Source of the DNA: Bacteroidota bacterium
GTDB taxonomy: Bacteria; Bacteroidota; Bacteroidia; Chitinophagales; Chitinophagaceae
NCBI GenBank assembly: GCA_013288945.1
Contig: JABDAZ010000011.1
Span: forward strand, 626-64,625
Length of the DNA stretch: 64,000 bases
Direction of reading: 5' to 3'
Shown here piece by piece: positions 41,085 to 50,384 of the stretch. The translations under genes were made by a program, and so were the position numbers. How positions within the stretch are numbered: position 1 is the stretch's first letter; each line of letters opens with the position of its first letter. The notes beneath the pieces are model-generated. The model ran no database searches and had not been told where the DNA came from. It saw nothing but the letters and a program-made list of their open reading frames with translations.

Positions 41085-42266
41085 TTACTTCGATTGTTTT
41101 AACCAATCCAAAATTCCTAAATATATTTTTTGGGCAACAGCTTTATGAAACTTCGGATTTAATATTTTTTTCTCATCTTCTTTATTACTTAAAAAAGCAA
41201 CTTCCACCAACGCATTCGGATAATCAGTTGGGCCATTTAATCCGAAATTAAAATTTCCAACATTGCCATATTCTTTTAAACCAAGTGTAAGCATTTGGTT
41301 TAATATCGCAACACTTAATGGACGAAAACCGATGTAACGATAATAGGTACTCGTTCCCTGCACCGTATCAAGGCTTGCAGAATTTAAATGAATACTTATT
41401 AATAAATCAGGATTGAATTCTTTAAGCATCAACACGCGTTCCGGAATACTTAATGAAGTATCTTTTTCGCGCGTCATAAAAATTTGTTTTACACCAGCTT
41501 TTTTTAATGTTGCCTGCAATTGTTTTGCGATTAATAAAGTATAATTTTTTTCAAGCACTTTACTTGTAATGCCTTCTGCGCCGCTGTTGTCTCCGCCGTG
41601 TCCGGGATCAATTGCAATTTTTAATTTGCGGATGTCCAGCACCGCAGGCTGGCGTTTGATGCGCACGATTAATTTGTTTCCAATGCTATCATAATTAATG
41701 CGGCTTCCCCAATGTTGCGCATGTTTTAATTCTATAAACACGCGCATCACATCATCTTCTGTTTGTTCGTACCATGCGTTTTTCACTTCTTTTGCAGTAC
41801 GCAATTGTGTGATCCAGTTGGTGTTTGAAGTGACGCCAAAAATATCAATCGCAAGCCGCGAAGGATTAATCATTTGCATGCTGTGATAAGGAAGGTGTTC
41901 ATCAAGATTAATCGTTACATAATCAAACTCATTATCACCAAACACGCGCCAGTTGCCGCTCAGGTGTGTGTTATGAATAATTGGTTTATTGAATTGTTTA
42001 TTAATAAGCACAACACTTTCTTTCGCAATATATCCTGAATGAAATTTTGAAAGCTGAACTTTATAATCTGTTTTAAAACTATCAACAATCTTCAATAAAA
42101 CGTTTGAATCGATATACAACATTTTTGCGCCGCCAAGCCTGTCGTCACCAATTCCATATTCAATAAAAGGAAGTTTACCGGTTGTTCTTGCATTCCAAAC
42201 ACTGTCTTGCGAAAATGAAAAACTGCCATTCAATAAAAGAAGAATAAAAAAAATTATTCGCTGCAT
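41085..42266 (-). CDS. N-acetylmuramoyl-L-alanine amidase (Amidase_3)
   Basis: IAIDPGHGG, ISIHLN, LVEVAFLSN; signal peptide. Confidence 0.92.
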   Translation of the reverse strand: MQRIIFFILLLLNGSFSFSQDSVWNARTTGKLPFIEYGIGDDRLGGAKMLYIDSNVLLKIVDSFKTDYKVQLSKFHSGYIAKESVVLINKQFNKPIIHNTHLSGNWRVFGDNEFDYVTINLDEHLPYHSMQMINPSRLAIDIFGVTSNTNWITQLRTAKEVKNAWYEQTEDDVMRVFIELKHAQHWGSRINYDSIGNKLIVRIKRQPAVLDIRKLKIAIDPGHGGDNSGAEGITSKVLEKNYTLLIAKQLQATLKKAGVKQIFMTREKDTSLSIPERVLMLKEFNPDLLISIHLNSASLDTVQGTSTYYRYIGFRPLSVAILNQMLTLGLKEYGNVGNFNFGLNGPTDYPNALVEVAFLSNKEDEKKILNPKFHKAVAQKIYLGILDWLKQSK

Positions 42267-42483
42267 TAATAAATTTTTATAAAGATAGCAGGAATAAGGA
42301 AACAATGTTCAGGACTCAAGAAGTGAGAAAATCCAATGTCCAAAATACAAAAAAACAAGGCACAAGAAACAAGAAAAAAAACAAGGTACAGGAACGGAGT
42401 AACAAGATTTAATAAAAAAGAAGTATGAATTTATATCAGTGAATAATTACTCAATAAAATTCATACTTCATAGTTCATACTTA

Positions 42484-44277
42484 TTAAAGCGGATATTTAT
42501 TATCACTAATCAGCCTCGCCGCAATTCTTCGTTTCGCTTCTTTGCTGTTGAAAGAATCTGCTTTGGTAAAACGTTTTAAACCCAGCAACATCATGCGTTG
42601 TTCATCCCCATCGGCAAATGCATTAATGGCATCTTTGCCAGCTTTATTAATACTGTCGGCAACATCATAAATATACGTGCGCGTTATATCCAATTCAAAT
42701 TGGCAAGCAGTTTCTCCATGCTGATCAGTCATTTTCATAACTCTTAATAAAGCGCTTTCTGCATTAAAAGTTTCAATCGCCATATCAGCAATGTTCATTA
42801 ATATTTCCTGTTCGCTTTCAACCTTCATCATTAATTTTTGCACGGCTGCGCCTGCTGTCATTAATATCGCTTTTTTAAAATTGGCAATCACCTTTTTTTC
42901 TTTTGCAAATGGTGCATCATCACTGCTGCCAAAATCAGGGATGCTCATTAATTCTTTTGAAACATTCATCGCCGCATTCATAATATCAAGCCTTCCTTTC
43001 ATGGTGCGTTTTAAAACCATATCAACAGTTAATAGCCGATTGATTTCATTTGTGCCTTCATAAATCCTGTTAATGCGGCTATCGCGATAACCTTTTGAAA
43101 TTATATACTCATCGCTGAAACCGTTGCCACCATGGACTTGTACACCTTCATCAACAACGTAATCTAAAATTTCACTGCCAAAAACTTTCAGCATTGCACA
43201 CTCAATTGCATATTCTTCTGCAGCGCCAAGCAAGGCTTCATTAAAAGGTTTGCCTGCGGCGATGAGTTCCATTTCTTTATCATCAATCCATTTTGCAGTT
43301 CTGTATAATGCGCTTTCGCAAACCCAAATTTTAATCGCCATCTGCGCCAGCTTATTTTTTATAGCGCCAAAATTTGCAATCGCAGTTTTAAATTGTTCGC
43401 GCGTATTTGCATATTGAATAGAAATTGTTGCCGCTCTTTTTGCACCGCCCATTGCAGCGGCACATAATTTCAACCTTCCAATATTTAAAATATTAAATGC
43501 AATGATGTGGCCCTTACCAATTTCTCCCAATAAATTTTCAACAGGCACTTTACAATCCTGAAAATATAATTGCACAGTTGATGATCCTTTAATGCCCATC
43601 TTATGTTCTTCCGGGCCTTGCGTAAAACCTTCATAACCTCTTTCAACTATAAATGCAGAAAATTTATCGCCATCAATTTTTGCGAAGACTGTATACACGT
43701 CTGCAAAGCCGCCGTTTGTTATCCAGCATTTTTGCCCGTTTAATAAATAATATTTTCCATCGGCAGAAAGTTTCGCAGTTGTTTTTGCGCCGAGCGCATC
43801 ACTGCCACTATTTGGTTCTGTTAATCCGTACGAACCTTTCCACTCGCCGCTTGTAAGCTTTGGAATATATTTTTGTTTCTGCGCTTCTGTTCCAAAATAT
43901 AAAATTGGAAGTGTGCCAATGCCAGTGTGGGCGGCCACTGCAACGGAAAAAGAAAACCCACCACCCAATCCTTCATTCACTAAAGTTGATGTTATAAAAT
44001 CTTTTCCAAGCCCGCCAAATTCTTCAGGAATGGAAACGCCAAGCAAACCTTGTTCGCCGGCTTTTACCATTAATGAAGGCATTAATCCTGGTTCCATTTT
44101 ATCAATGCGTTCAATAACCGGCAACACTTCTGTATCTAAAAAAGAAGCGCACATATCTTTCACCATTTGCTGCTCTTCATTATAATCGGAAGGAATAAAA
44201 GTATCGAACGGAGAACTTTCTTTAATCAGCCATTCGCCACCTTTTAAACTATTTTTTGTTTCTGTAGAAGCACTCAT
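42484..44277 (-). CDS. Acyl-CoA dehydrogenase (long, FadE/VLCAD-like)
   Basis: LTEPNSGSD, NGQKCWITNG, VQVHGGNGF, RIYEGTNEI. Confidence 0.95.
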   Translation of the reverse strand: MSASTETKNSLKGGEWLIKESSPFDTFIPSDYNEEQQMVKDMCASFLDTEVLPVIERIDKMEPGLMPSLMVKAGEQGLLGVSIPEEFGGLGKDFITSTLVNEGLGGGFSFSVAVAAHTGIGTLPILYFGTEAQKQKYIPKLTSGEWKGSYGLTEPNSGSDALGAKTTAKLSADGKYYLLNGQKCWITNGGFADVYTVFAKIDGDKFSAFIVERGYEGFTQGPEEHKMGIKGSSTVQLYFQDCKVPVENLLGEIGKGHIIAFNILNIGRLKLCAAAMGGAKRAATISIQYANTREQFKTAIANFGAIKNKLAQMAIKIWVCESALYRTAKWIDDKEMELIAAGKPFNEALLGAAEEYAIECAMLKVFGSEILDYVVDEGVQVHGGNGFSDEYIISKGYRDSRINRIYEGTNEINRLLTVDMVLKRTMKGRLDIMNAAMNVSKELMSIPDFGSSDDAPFAKEKKVIANFKKAILMTAGAAVQKLMMKVESEQEILMNIADMAIETFNAESALLRVMKMTDQHGETACQFELDITRTYIYDVADSINKAGKDAINAFADGDEQRMMLLGLKRFTKADSFNSKEAKRRIAARLISDNKYPL

Positions 44278-44302
44278 AAAAAATATTTTATAGTGATAAA
44301 AA

Positions 44303-44743
44303 TTATTTTAAGTTGTCGTACACTCTTTGCAAAACCTCTTTACATAAATTTATTTGATCCGCCGGAACGCCCGCCAGCGCATCGTTTAAGGTTTCTTCTG
44401 CCAAACCCATTGATTGCTCCTGTAATTTTAAAGCTTGCTTTGTTAAGTAAATTTTATTAATCCTGCGATCATTTTCTGAAGCAACGCGTTTTACCAATTG
44501 CAGTTTTTCAAGGTTGTCTACCAATCTTGTTATACTTGGTTTATCGCGAAAAGTTGCGTTGCATAATTCCTGCTGGCTTTTCCCGTCTTCTTTCCACAAA
44601 TGATAGAGTACGCTCCATTGTTCGATGGTTAAATTTAACCCGGCATTATTAAATTTTTTTTGCAACCGGCGCGCAATGGCGATAGACGCTTTGCCTGTAA
44701 TAAAACTGTATAATTCGCCTTTTTTAAATTGGTTGTTTGGCAT
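44303..44743 (-). CDS. MarR family regulator
   Basis: EQWSVL..DKPSITRLVDNLE..DRR wHTH motif. Confidence 0.92.
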   Translation of the reverse strand: MPNNQFKKGELYSFITGKASIAIARRLQKKFNNAGLNLTIEQWSVLYHLWKEDGKSQQELCNATFRDKPSITRLVDNLEKLQLVKRVASENDRRINKIYLTKQALKLQEQSMGLAEETLNDALAGVPADQINLCKEVLQRVYDNLK

Positions 44744-44747
44744 ATAG

Positions 44748-44763
44748 TTAGTTAAACAACTAA
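44748..44763. promoter_or_regulatory. Putative MarR operator
   Basis: Perfect IR TTAGTT-AAAC-AACTAA, 4 nt before the MarR ATG. Confidence 0.6.
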
Positions 44764-44897
44764 TCAAACTTAGTTATTATTTTTTAATACTGCAAAATTT
44801 TATACTGTAATTTTTATTAATAAAAATGCATTGTTTTTTTTCTGTTGAACAATAACAAAAAACGATTCAGTAGTTTTAATGCCTATTAATAAAATGC

Positions 44898-45722
44898 ATG
44901 GAATCTTTTTTTGAAAAATATAAATCATCACAAATTCATTATTATAAATCTGTTTCTAACAATAATAAAAAACCTTTGCTCCTTTGTTTCCAGGGTTATG
45001 CAGAAGCTGCGGGATCATTCAGCTTTTTGGAAAAATATATTGCAGATGATTTTATAATAATAGCTGTTGATTTGCCTTTTCACGGGCAAACAGAATGGAA
45101 TGAAAAATTAAATTTTACGCCGCAGGATTTTACAGGAATTATTCAATCAATTCTTAATAAATTTTCTTTAGTTGAGAACGAAATTTATTTGCTTGGTTTT
45201 AGTATGGGCGGAAGAACTGCGCTTGCCGTTTTTCCTTTATTAATAAATCAAACAAAAAAAATAATATTGCTTGCGCCCGATGGTTTAAGTATGACGGCTG
45301 CTTACTGGTTTGCGACGCAAACTTTTGCGGGCAATAAAATTTTTAGCATTGCAATGAACAAGCCGGAATATTTTTCAATAGTTATGAACGTTGCAAAAAA
45401 AATAAAATTGATGAACCAAAGCGTTTATAAATTCATTCATCATTTTATTAATAATAAAGAAGTGCGCATTCAATTGTATAAACGCTGGACGGTTTTAAGA
45501 AAATTTACACCTGATTTAAAAAAAATAAAAGCATTAATTGCTGCAAATAAAATTCATGTAAAATTGGTTTACGGAGAATATGATCAAATTATTTTTATTG
45601 ATGGCGGAAAAAAATTTGTAAAAGGAATAGAGCAATATTGCAGTTTGCAAATGTTGCCAACCGGCCACCAGATTTTGCAGGAAAAACATATTGAACTCAT
45701 CATTAGTTTATTAAAAGATTAG
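44898..45722 (+). CDS. Alpha/beta hydrolase
   Basis: DLPFHG, GFSMGG nucleophile elbow, D and GH triad positions. Confidence 0.85.
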   Translation: MESFFEKYKSSQIHYYKSVSNNNKKPLLLCFQGYAEAAGSFSFLEKYIADDFIIIAVDLPFHGQTEWNEKLNFTPQDFTGIIQSILNKFSLVENEIYLLGFSMGGRTALAVFPLLINQTKKIILLAPDGLSMTAAYWFATQTFAGNKIFSIAMNKPEYFSIVMNVAKKIKLMNQSVYKFIHHFINNKEVRIQLYKRWTVLRKFTPDLKKIKALIAANKIHVKLVYGEYDQIIFIDGGKKFVKGIEQYCSLQMLPTGHQILQEKHIELIISLLKD

Positions 45723-45740
45723 TTCATAATATTTGCGCAG

Positions 45741-46886
45741 ATGTATTTAATTATTGCAATTACATGTTTACTTTTTTTAGTTTATGCATTATTAATAATG
45801 TATTATCACCGCGCATGGAAATCAATTCCTGATTTTAATAATAATATTTCACAAACTCCAACTGTAAAAATTTCTATTATTATTCCTGTAAGAAATGAAG
45901 AGAAAAATATTTTGAATTGTATTCGTTCTTTAGCAAAACAAAATTATCCATCATCACTTTTTGAAGTAATTATTGTTGATGATCATTCAACAGATGAAAC
46001 ATGGAATTTATTAACCACTTCTATTAATGATGCAATAAAAATTGTTCCATTAAAACTTTCTGATTATACAAACGAAAATATAAAAGCGTATAAAAAATTT
46101 GCAATTGAAACCGGTATTAATAAGTCAACCGGAACGCTGATAATTACTACCGACGCGGATTGCAGCTTTAATAAAAACTGGTTGCAAACAATTGCAGATT
46201 TTTATATTTCCACCAATGCAAAATTTATTGCCTCGCCTGTAAAGATTGATGCAAACAATTCTTTATTATCAATTTTTCAAACGCTTGATTTTATAACGTT
46301 GCAGGGAATAACCGGCGCTTCTGTTTTTAAAAAAATACATTCCATGTGCAATGGCGCAAACCTTGCTTATGAAAAAAAAGTTTTTTATCAAGTTGATGGC
46401 TTTCGTGATATAGATAATATTCCTTCCGGCGATGATATGTTGCTGATGCATAAAATGTATAAAAAATATCCTGCAGCGGTTTTCTTTTTAAAAAATAAAA
46501 ACGCCGTCGTTTCTACAAAACCAGAAACAAATTTTAAAGGATTTATTAATCAACGCATACGCTGGGCGAGCAAGGCAGACAAGTATGATGATAAAAGAAT
46601 TTTTCGCGTTTTGTTATTGGTATATTTTATTAATGTGCTGTTTTTTGTGTTATTTATTCTGTCTTTTTTTAACCGCATTTATTTTTTTTCACTAATCATT
46701 CTATTGATGTTAAAAACATTAATAGAATTTCCATTTGTAAAATCTGTTGCTGGTTTTTTTGATCAAAAAAAGTTATTAATATACTTTCCGTTTTTTCAGC
46801 CATTGCATATTTTATATACAATTTCCATTGGCTGGCTTGGCAAGTTTGGAAGTTATAAATGGAAAGAAAGAAAAATAGAAAAATAA
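45741..46886 (+). CDS. GT2 glycosyltransferase
   Basis: IIPVRNEE, VDD, TDAD, GDD, QRIRW motifs; TM segments. Confidence 0.92.
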   Translation: MYLIIAITCLLFLVYALLIMYYHRAWKSIPDFNNNISQTPTVKISIIIPVRNEEKNILNCIRSLAKQNYPSSLFEVIIVDDHSTDETWNLLTTSINDAIKIVPLKLSDYTNENIKAYKKFAIETGINKSTGTLIITTDADCSFNKNWLQTIADFYISTNAKFIASPVKIDANNSLLSIFQTLDFITLQGITGASVFKKIHSMCNGANLAYEKKVFYQVDGFRDIDNIPSGDDMLLMHKMYKKYPAAVFFLKNKNAVVSTKPETNFKGFINQRIRWASKADKYDDKRIFRVLLLVYFINVLFFVLFILSFFNRIYFFSLIILLMLKTLIEFPFVKSVAGFFDQKKLLIYFPFFQPLHILYTISIGWLGKFGSYKWKERKIEK

Positions 46887-46899
46887 TTTTCAGCGATTA

Positions 46900-47370
46900 T
46901 TATTCTTTAAAAATTTGCACGTTCCTGTCAAAACTTTCTTCGAGAGATATAAAAGTTTCTGTGCGTTCGATGCCTTTTATTTTTTGCAACTCATCATGTA
47001 AAACAAAACGAAGCTGGTTAATATCTTTACAAACAATTTCTGCAAACATGCTGTAGTTGCCGGTTGTATAATTTAAGCGAACAATTTCAGGAATTCTACG
47101 GAGCTCTTTTGCAACGGAATCATACAAAGAACTTTTTTCCAAATAAATTCCGATAAAAGCAATTACATCATAACCCAACTGTTTTAAATCAACATGTAAT
47201 TTTGTGCCTTTAACAACGCCAGATTCCTGCAATTTTTTTATGCGCACATGAATTGTCCCGCCGGATACAAATAATTTTTTACCGAGTTCTGCGTAGGATA
47301 TTTCAGCAGTTTCAATCATTTCCTGAATAATTTGCAAATCCAATTTGTCAAGATTTAATTTACTGCTCAT
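46900..47370 (-). CDS. Lrp/AsnC family regulator (AsnC-like)
   Basis: LDKLDLQII..ELGKKLFVSGGTIHVRIKKL..YTTGNY..TETFISL. Confidence 0.92.
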   Translation of the reverse strand: MSSKLNLDKLDLQIIQEMIETAEISYAELGKKLFVSGGTIHVRIKKLQESGVVKGTKLHVDLKQLGYDVIAFIGIYLEKSSLYDSVAKELRRIPEIVRLNYTTGNYSMFAEIVCKDINQLRFVLHDELQKIKGIERTETFISLEESFDRNVQIFKE

Positions 47371-47519
47371 AATAATAATTATTTTTAGCTTTTATTCATG
47401 ATTGTATGCAAATATTTGAATTATCTCTAAATATTCAAAATTTTTGTTGAAAATATTTTAATAAATTGAGATTATTATTTAATATTGCATCATCAAGTTC
47501 TTTAAAACAATTCAAACAC

Positions 47520-47686
47520 TGTGGAGTGATGGAATTTTGGCAGACATGCCCTCTTGTCTCGGGGGTGGAGATAACAGGATAAACGTAGTGTAGTGCCGGA
47601 TCAAGCAATTGGTTCGACTGGGGTTGACCACCACACATTGCGCTACAGCTAACTGCTCCGTGGAGGTTCGATCCCTCCCTCTACAG
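47520..47686 (+). ncRNA. tRNA-Asp(GUC)-like RNA with ~96-nt structured variable arm (167 nt)
   Basis: Acceptor TGTGGAG/CTCTACA, D-arm ATG-GAATTTTGGCAGA-CAT, anticodon arm CCCTC-TTGTCTC-GGGGG, T-arm GGAGG-TTCGATC-CCTCC, discriminator G. Confidence 0.85.
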
Positions 47687-47697
47687 CAATTTTTTTC

Positions 47698-47728
47698 AAG
47701 CCCTTTCATTTTTTGAAAGGGCTTTTTT
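47698..47728 (+). terminator. Intrinsic terminator after the tRNA-like RNA
   Basis: AAGCCCTTTCA / TGAAAGGGCTT followed by T-run. Confidence 0.85.
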
Positions 47729-47789
47729 ATTATTAATATTCTCTCGTTTCATCATTTCATTTTACAAACAAACTTTACTTTTGCGCGCA

Positions 47790-48500
47790 ATGGCGCAAAA
47801 AAAATTATTAAGGTTTGAAGCGATTAAATCGTTCAGCAACGTGCTGCAATATCCCGAAGGCATTGCCGGAAAATGGAATAATTTTTTTAAAAATAATAAT
47901 CCAATCACGATAGAACTTGCTTGCGGGCGTGGCGAATATACTGTTGGCCTTGCAAAAATGTTTGCTGAAAAAAATTTTATTGGAATTGATTTAAAAGGCA
48001 ACCGCATTTATACCGGCGCAAAAAAATGTATTGAAGAAAAACTTATTAATGCTGCTTTTTTGCGCATACAAATTGATAAGATAGATTATTATTTTATTAA
48101 GAATGAAGTGAAAGAAATCTGGATCACATTTCCTGATCCGCAATTGCGAACTTCAAAAGCAAAGAAGCGATTAACGCATCCAAAATTTCTTCGTTTATAC
48201 CAGCAAATATTAATTGATGGCGGATTAATACATTTAAAAACAGACTCGCCGGACTTATATGCGTTTACACTTTTAGTAATTGAAATGTATAATTTACAAA
48301 TGCACGAAAACTCATCTGATGTTTATGCACAAACAGAAATAAAAGAAGCATTAAAAATTAAAACACATTACGAAAAACTCGACATTGCACAAAGCAAACG
48401 CATACATTATCTTTGTTTTTCTTTACCTGCAAAACCGTTAACTGACATCGATGAAGTTTTACAACAAAGATTAAAATTAAATGAAAGCGCAGTTGATTGA
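47790..48500 (+). CDS. trmB: tRNA (guanine-N7)-methyltransferase
   Basis: ELACGRGEY, ITFPDP, KRL and HLKTD motifs. Confidence 0.93.
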   Translation: MAQKKLLRFEAIKSFSNVLQYPEGIAGKWNNFFKNNNPITIELACGRGEYTVGLAKMFAEKNFIGIDLKGNRIYTGAKKCIEEKLINAAFLRIQIDKIDYYFIKNEVKEIWITFPDPQLRTSKAKKRLTHPKFLRLYQQILIDGGLIHLKTDSPDLYAFTLLVIEMYNLQMHENSSDVYAQTEIKEALKIKTHYEKLDIAQSKRIHYLCFSLPAKPLTDIDEVLQQRLKLNESAVD

Positions 48501-48663
48501 AGGAATTGATTTTTATTATAACGAAGAAGGTTATATTGTATTAACAGAAAAATATCATCTTGAAAAAGGGTTTTGTTGTGGTAATGGTTGCAAACATTGT
48601 CCGTATAATTATGAAAATGTTCCTGAGCCAAAACGGTCTGCATTAATGATGAATAAAAAATAA
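48481..48663 (+). CDS. DUF5522 small Cys-rich protein
   Basis: LTEKYHLEKGFCCGNGCKHCPY motif. Confidence 0.85.
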   Translation: MKAQLIEGIDFYYNEEGYIVLTEKYHLEKGFCCGNGCKHCPYNYENVPEPKRSALMMNKK

Positions 48664-48664
48664 T

Positions 48665-49060
48665 ATGCCTGCGCAAAAAAAGATAAAATCAACCAAACAG
48701 AAATTAGCAACGGTTAATCCATCTGGCAAAAAAGAAGAATCTTTTTTTGAACTGGTGTTTGAAGTTGCAAGGCAAATCCCGAAAGGGCGCGTTACTTCTT
48801 ATGGCGCAATTGCTGCATGTTTGGGAACAAAACTTTCTGCGCGCATGGTTGGCTGGGCAATGAATGGCGCAGGAAAAGTAAAACCAAAAGTTCCGGCACA
48901 TCGCGTTGTAAATAGAAACGGAATGCTGACTGGCAAACATCATTTTGCGACTGAAGAATTGATGCAACAACTGTTAGAAAAAGAAGGAATAAAAGTAAAA
49001 GATGATACTGTTGTTGATTTCGAAAAATTATTTTGGGATCCTGCTGAAGAATTTATGTAG
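48665..49060 (+). CDS. MGMT-family alkyltransferase-like (ATL) protein
   Basis: IPKGRVTSYGAIA and ARMVGWAM; PAHRVV where active methyltransferases have PCHR. Confidence 0.88.
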   Translation: MPAQKKIKSTKQKLATVNPSGKKEESFFELVFEVARQIPKGRVTSYGAIAACLGTKLSARMVGWAMNGAGKVKPKVPAHRVVNRNGMLTGKHHFATEELMQQLLEKEGIKVKDDTVVDFEKLFWDPAEEFM

Positions 49061-49150
49061 TGTTTATTAATAAACGGTTTCAATTCTTTGTAAAAAATTT
49101 TTATAATTTATTAATAAGAAAATCGCTAATAAAATTTCTGTAAAATTTTA

Positions 49151-50050
49151 TTAAAAATGTGCCATCGTAAGTATTTCTTTTGAAGATGGAAAAAAGTCAG
49201 CTTTCATTTTTTCTTTTTTAAATTCAGATGGTGTTTTTTTTGTGATGGCTTTAAATACTTTATTAAAGTAAGGCACATTATTAAAGCCGCATTCAAAACA
49301 GGTTTCTGAAATCGTTTTTTCCTGCTGAAGCATTAAACAAGCCTGTTGAATCCGGTAATGATTTAAAAAATCGGTAAAGTTTGTATTCATTATTTTTTTA
49401 AAATAAGTACAAAAAGAAGAAATGGAAAGGTTGGCAATTGAAGCAACTTTTTTAATATCAATTTCTTCCTGGAAATGTTGTTCAACATAATTGAAAATAT
49501 TTTGGAGGCGGATATTATTTTTTACAATCGCAGATGAAAAAATGGTTTGCGGATTTAGCAATTTATAATCAGCAGTCGTTGCCATTATTTGTAAGATGGA
49601 CAGAAATTCGATAAACTTTTCGAATGGTTCAAGCTTTAATAATTTCATCAATTTTTTGGTGATTTTTTCTTTCGCTTCGCCGCTAAAACAAATCCCATAT
49701 TTTGATTTTTCAAGCAAGGCGTGAATTGCAGTCATTTCCGGGCTTAATAAAATCGATTGTTTAAAAACGCTTTCTTTAACTTGGATAACAATTTCTTCAT
49801 GCGGCCCGTGCCCTTTGAGACCAAAACCGGCATGCGGCAAATTCGGGCCCATAAAAACCAGGTCGCCATTTTGATAATAATCTAAATGGTTTCCAACATG
49901 TCGGGTGCCGTTTCCAAAAAGCACGCAAACAATTTCGTATTCCGGGTGATAATGATAAAACCAGGGATGGTCTTCTGCATTTGTTTTATTATGTAAAATC
50001 CGGAATGAGCTGCCCTCATCAGGATGGATAACTTCGAACTCAATTTTCAT
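49151..50050 (-). CDS. AraC family regulator with cupin sensor domain
   Basis: HYHPEYEI, GPNLPH, C-terminal GFNNVPYFNKVFK HTH. Confidence 0.92.
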   Translation of the reverse strand: MKIEFEVIHPDEGSSFRILHNKTNAEDHPWFYHYHPEYEIVCVLFGNGTRHVGNHLDYYQNGDLVFMGPNLPHAGFGLKGHGPHEEIVIQVKESVFKQSILLSPEMTAIHALLEKSKYGICFSGEAKEKITKKLMKLLKLEPFEKFIEFLSILQIMATTADYKLLNPQTIFSSAIVKNNIRLQNIFNYVEQHFQEEIDIKKVASIANLSISSFCTYFKKIMNTNFTDFLNHYRIQQACLMLQQEKTISETCFECGFNNVPYFNKVFKAITKKTPSEFKKEKMKADFFPSSKEILTMAHF

Positions 50051-50384
50051 TGTATAATGCTTTTAGCCTAAAATTAATGTTAAAAATGCGAATACAGTAT
50101 AAGAAAAAGCAAACTGAGATGATAGAATTGTATTTTTTTAAATTCAATTTTACCGCCGCATATTTAAATACTCCCATTTAAACAGGGAATAAAAATTTTT
50201 TTTGCGTATTATCAGGTTATATTTACCATTAAAAAAAATTATTTTTAATTTAATAAGCTAAGCAGCATTACTTAAAAAATTGCTGTCTAAATATAAAATA
50301 ATAACAAAACATTAAACTTTTTTTTGAGATTAGTTTTTTTTTCATAGTTTCGATTAGTTAATAATTGCTTAAACCATTTGATTT

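Noticed and set aside
47520-47686. tmRNA, tRNA-Sec or group I intron-containing tRNA
   Set aside because: No Ala-type acceptor or tag ORF; anticodon is not UCA; the insert is in the variable arm and far too short for a group I core
47435-47709. Minus-strand ORFs of 65-67 aa
   Set aside because: Shadows of the GC-rich tRNA-like RNA; no protein features
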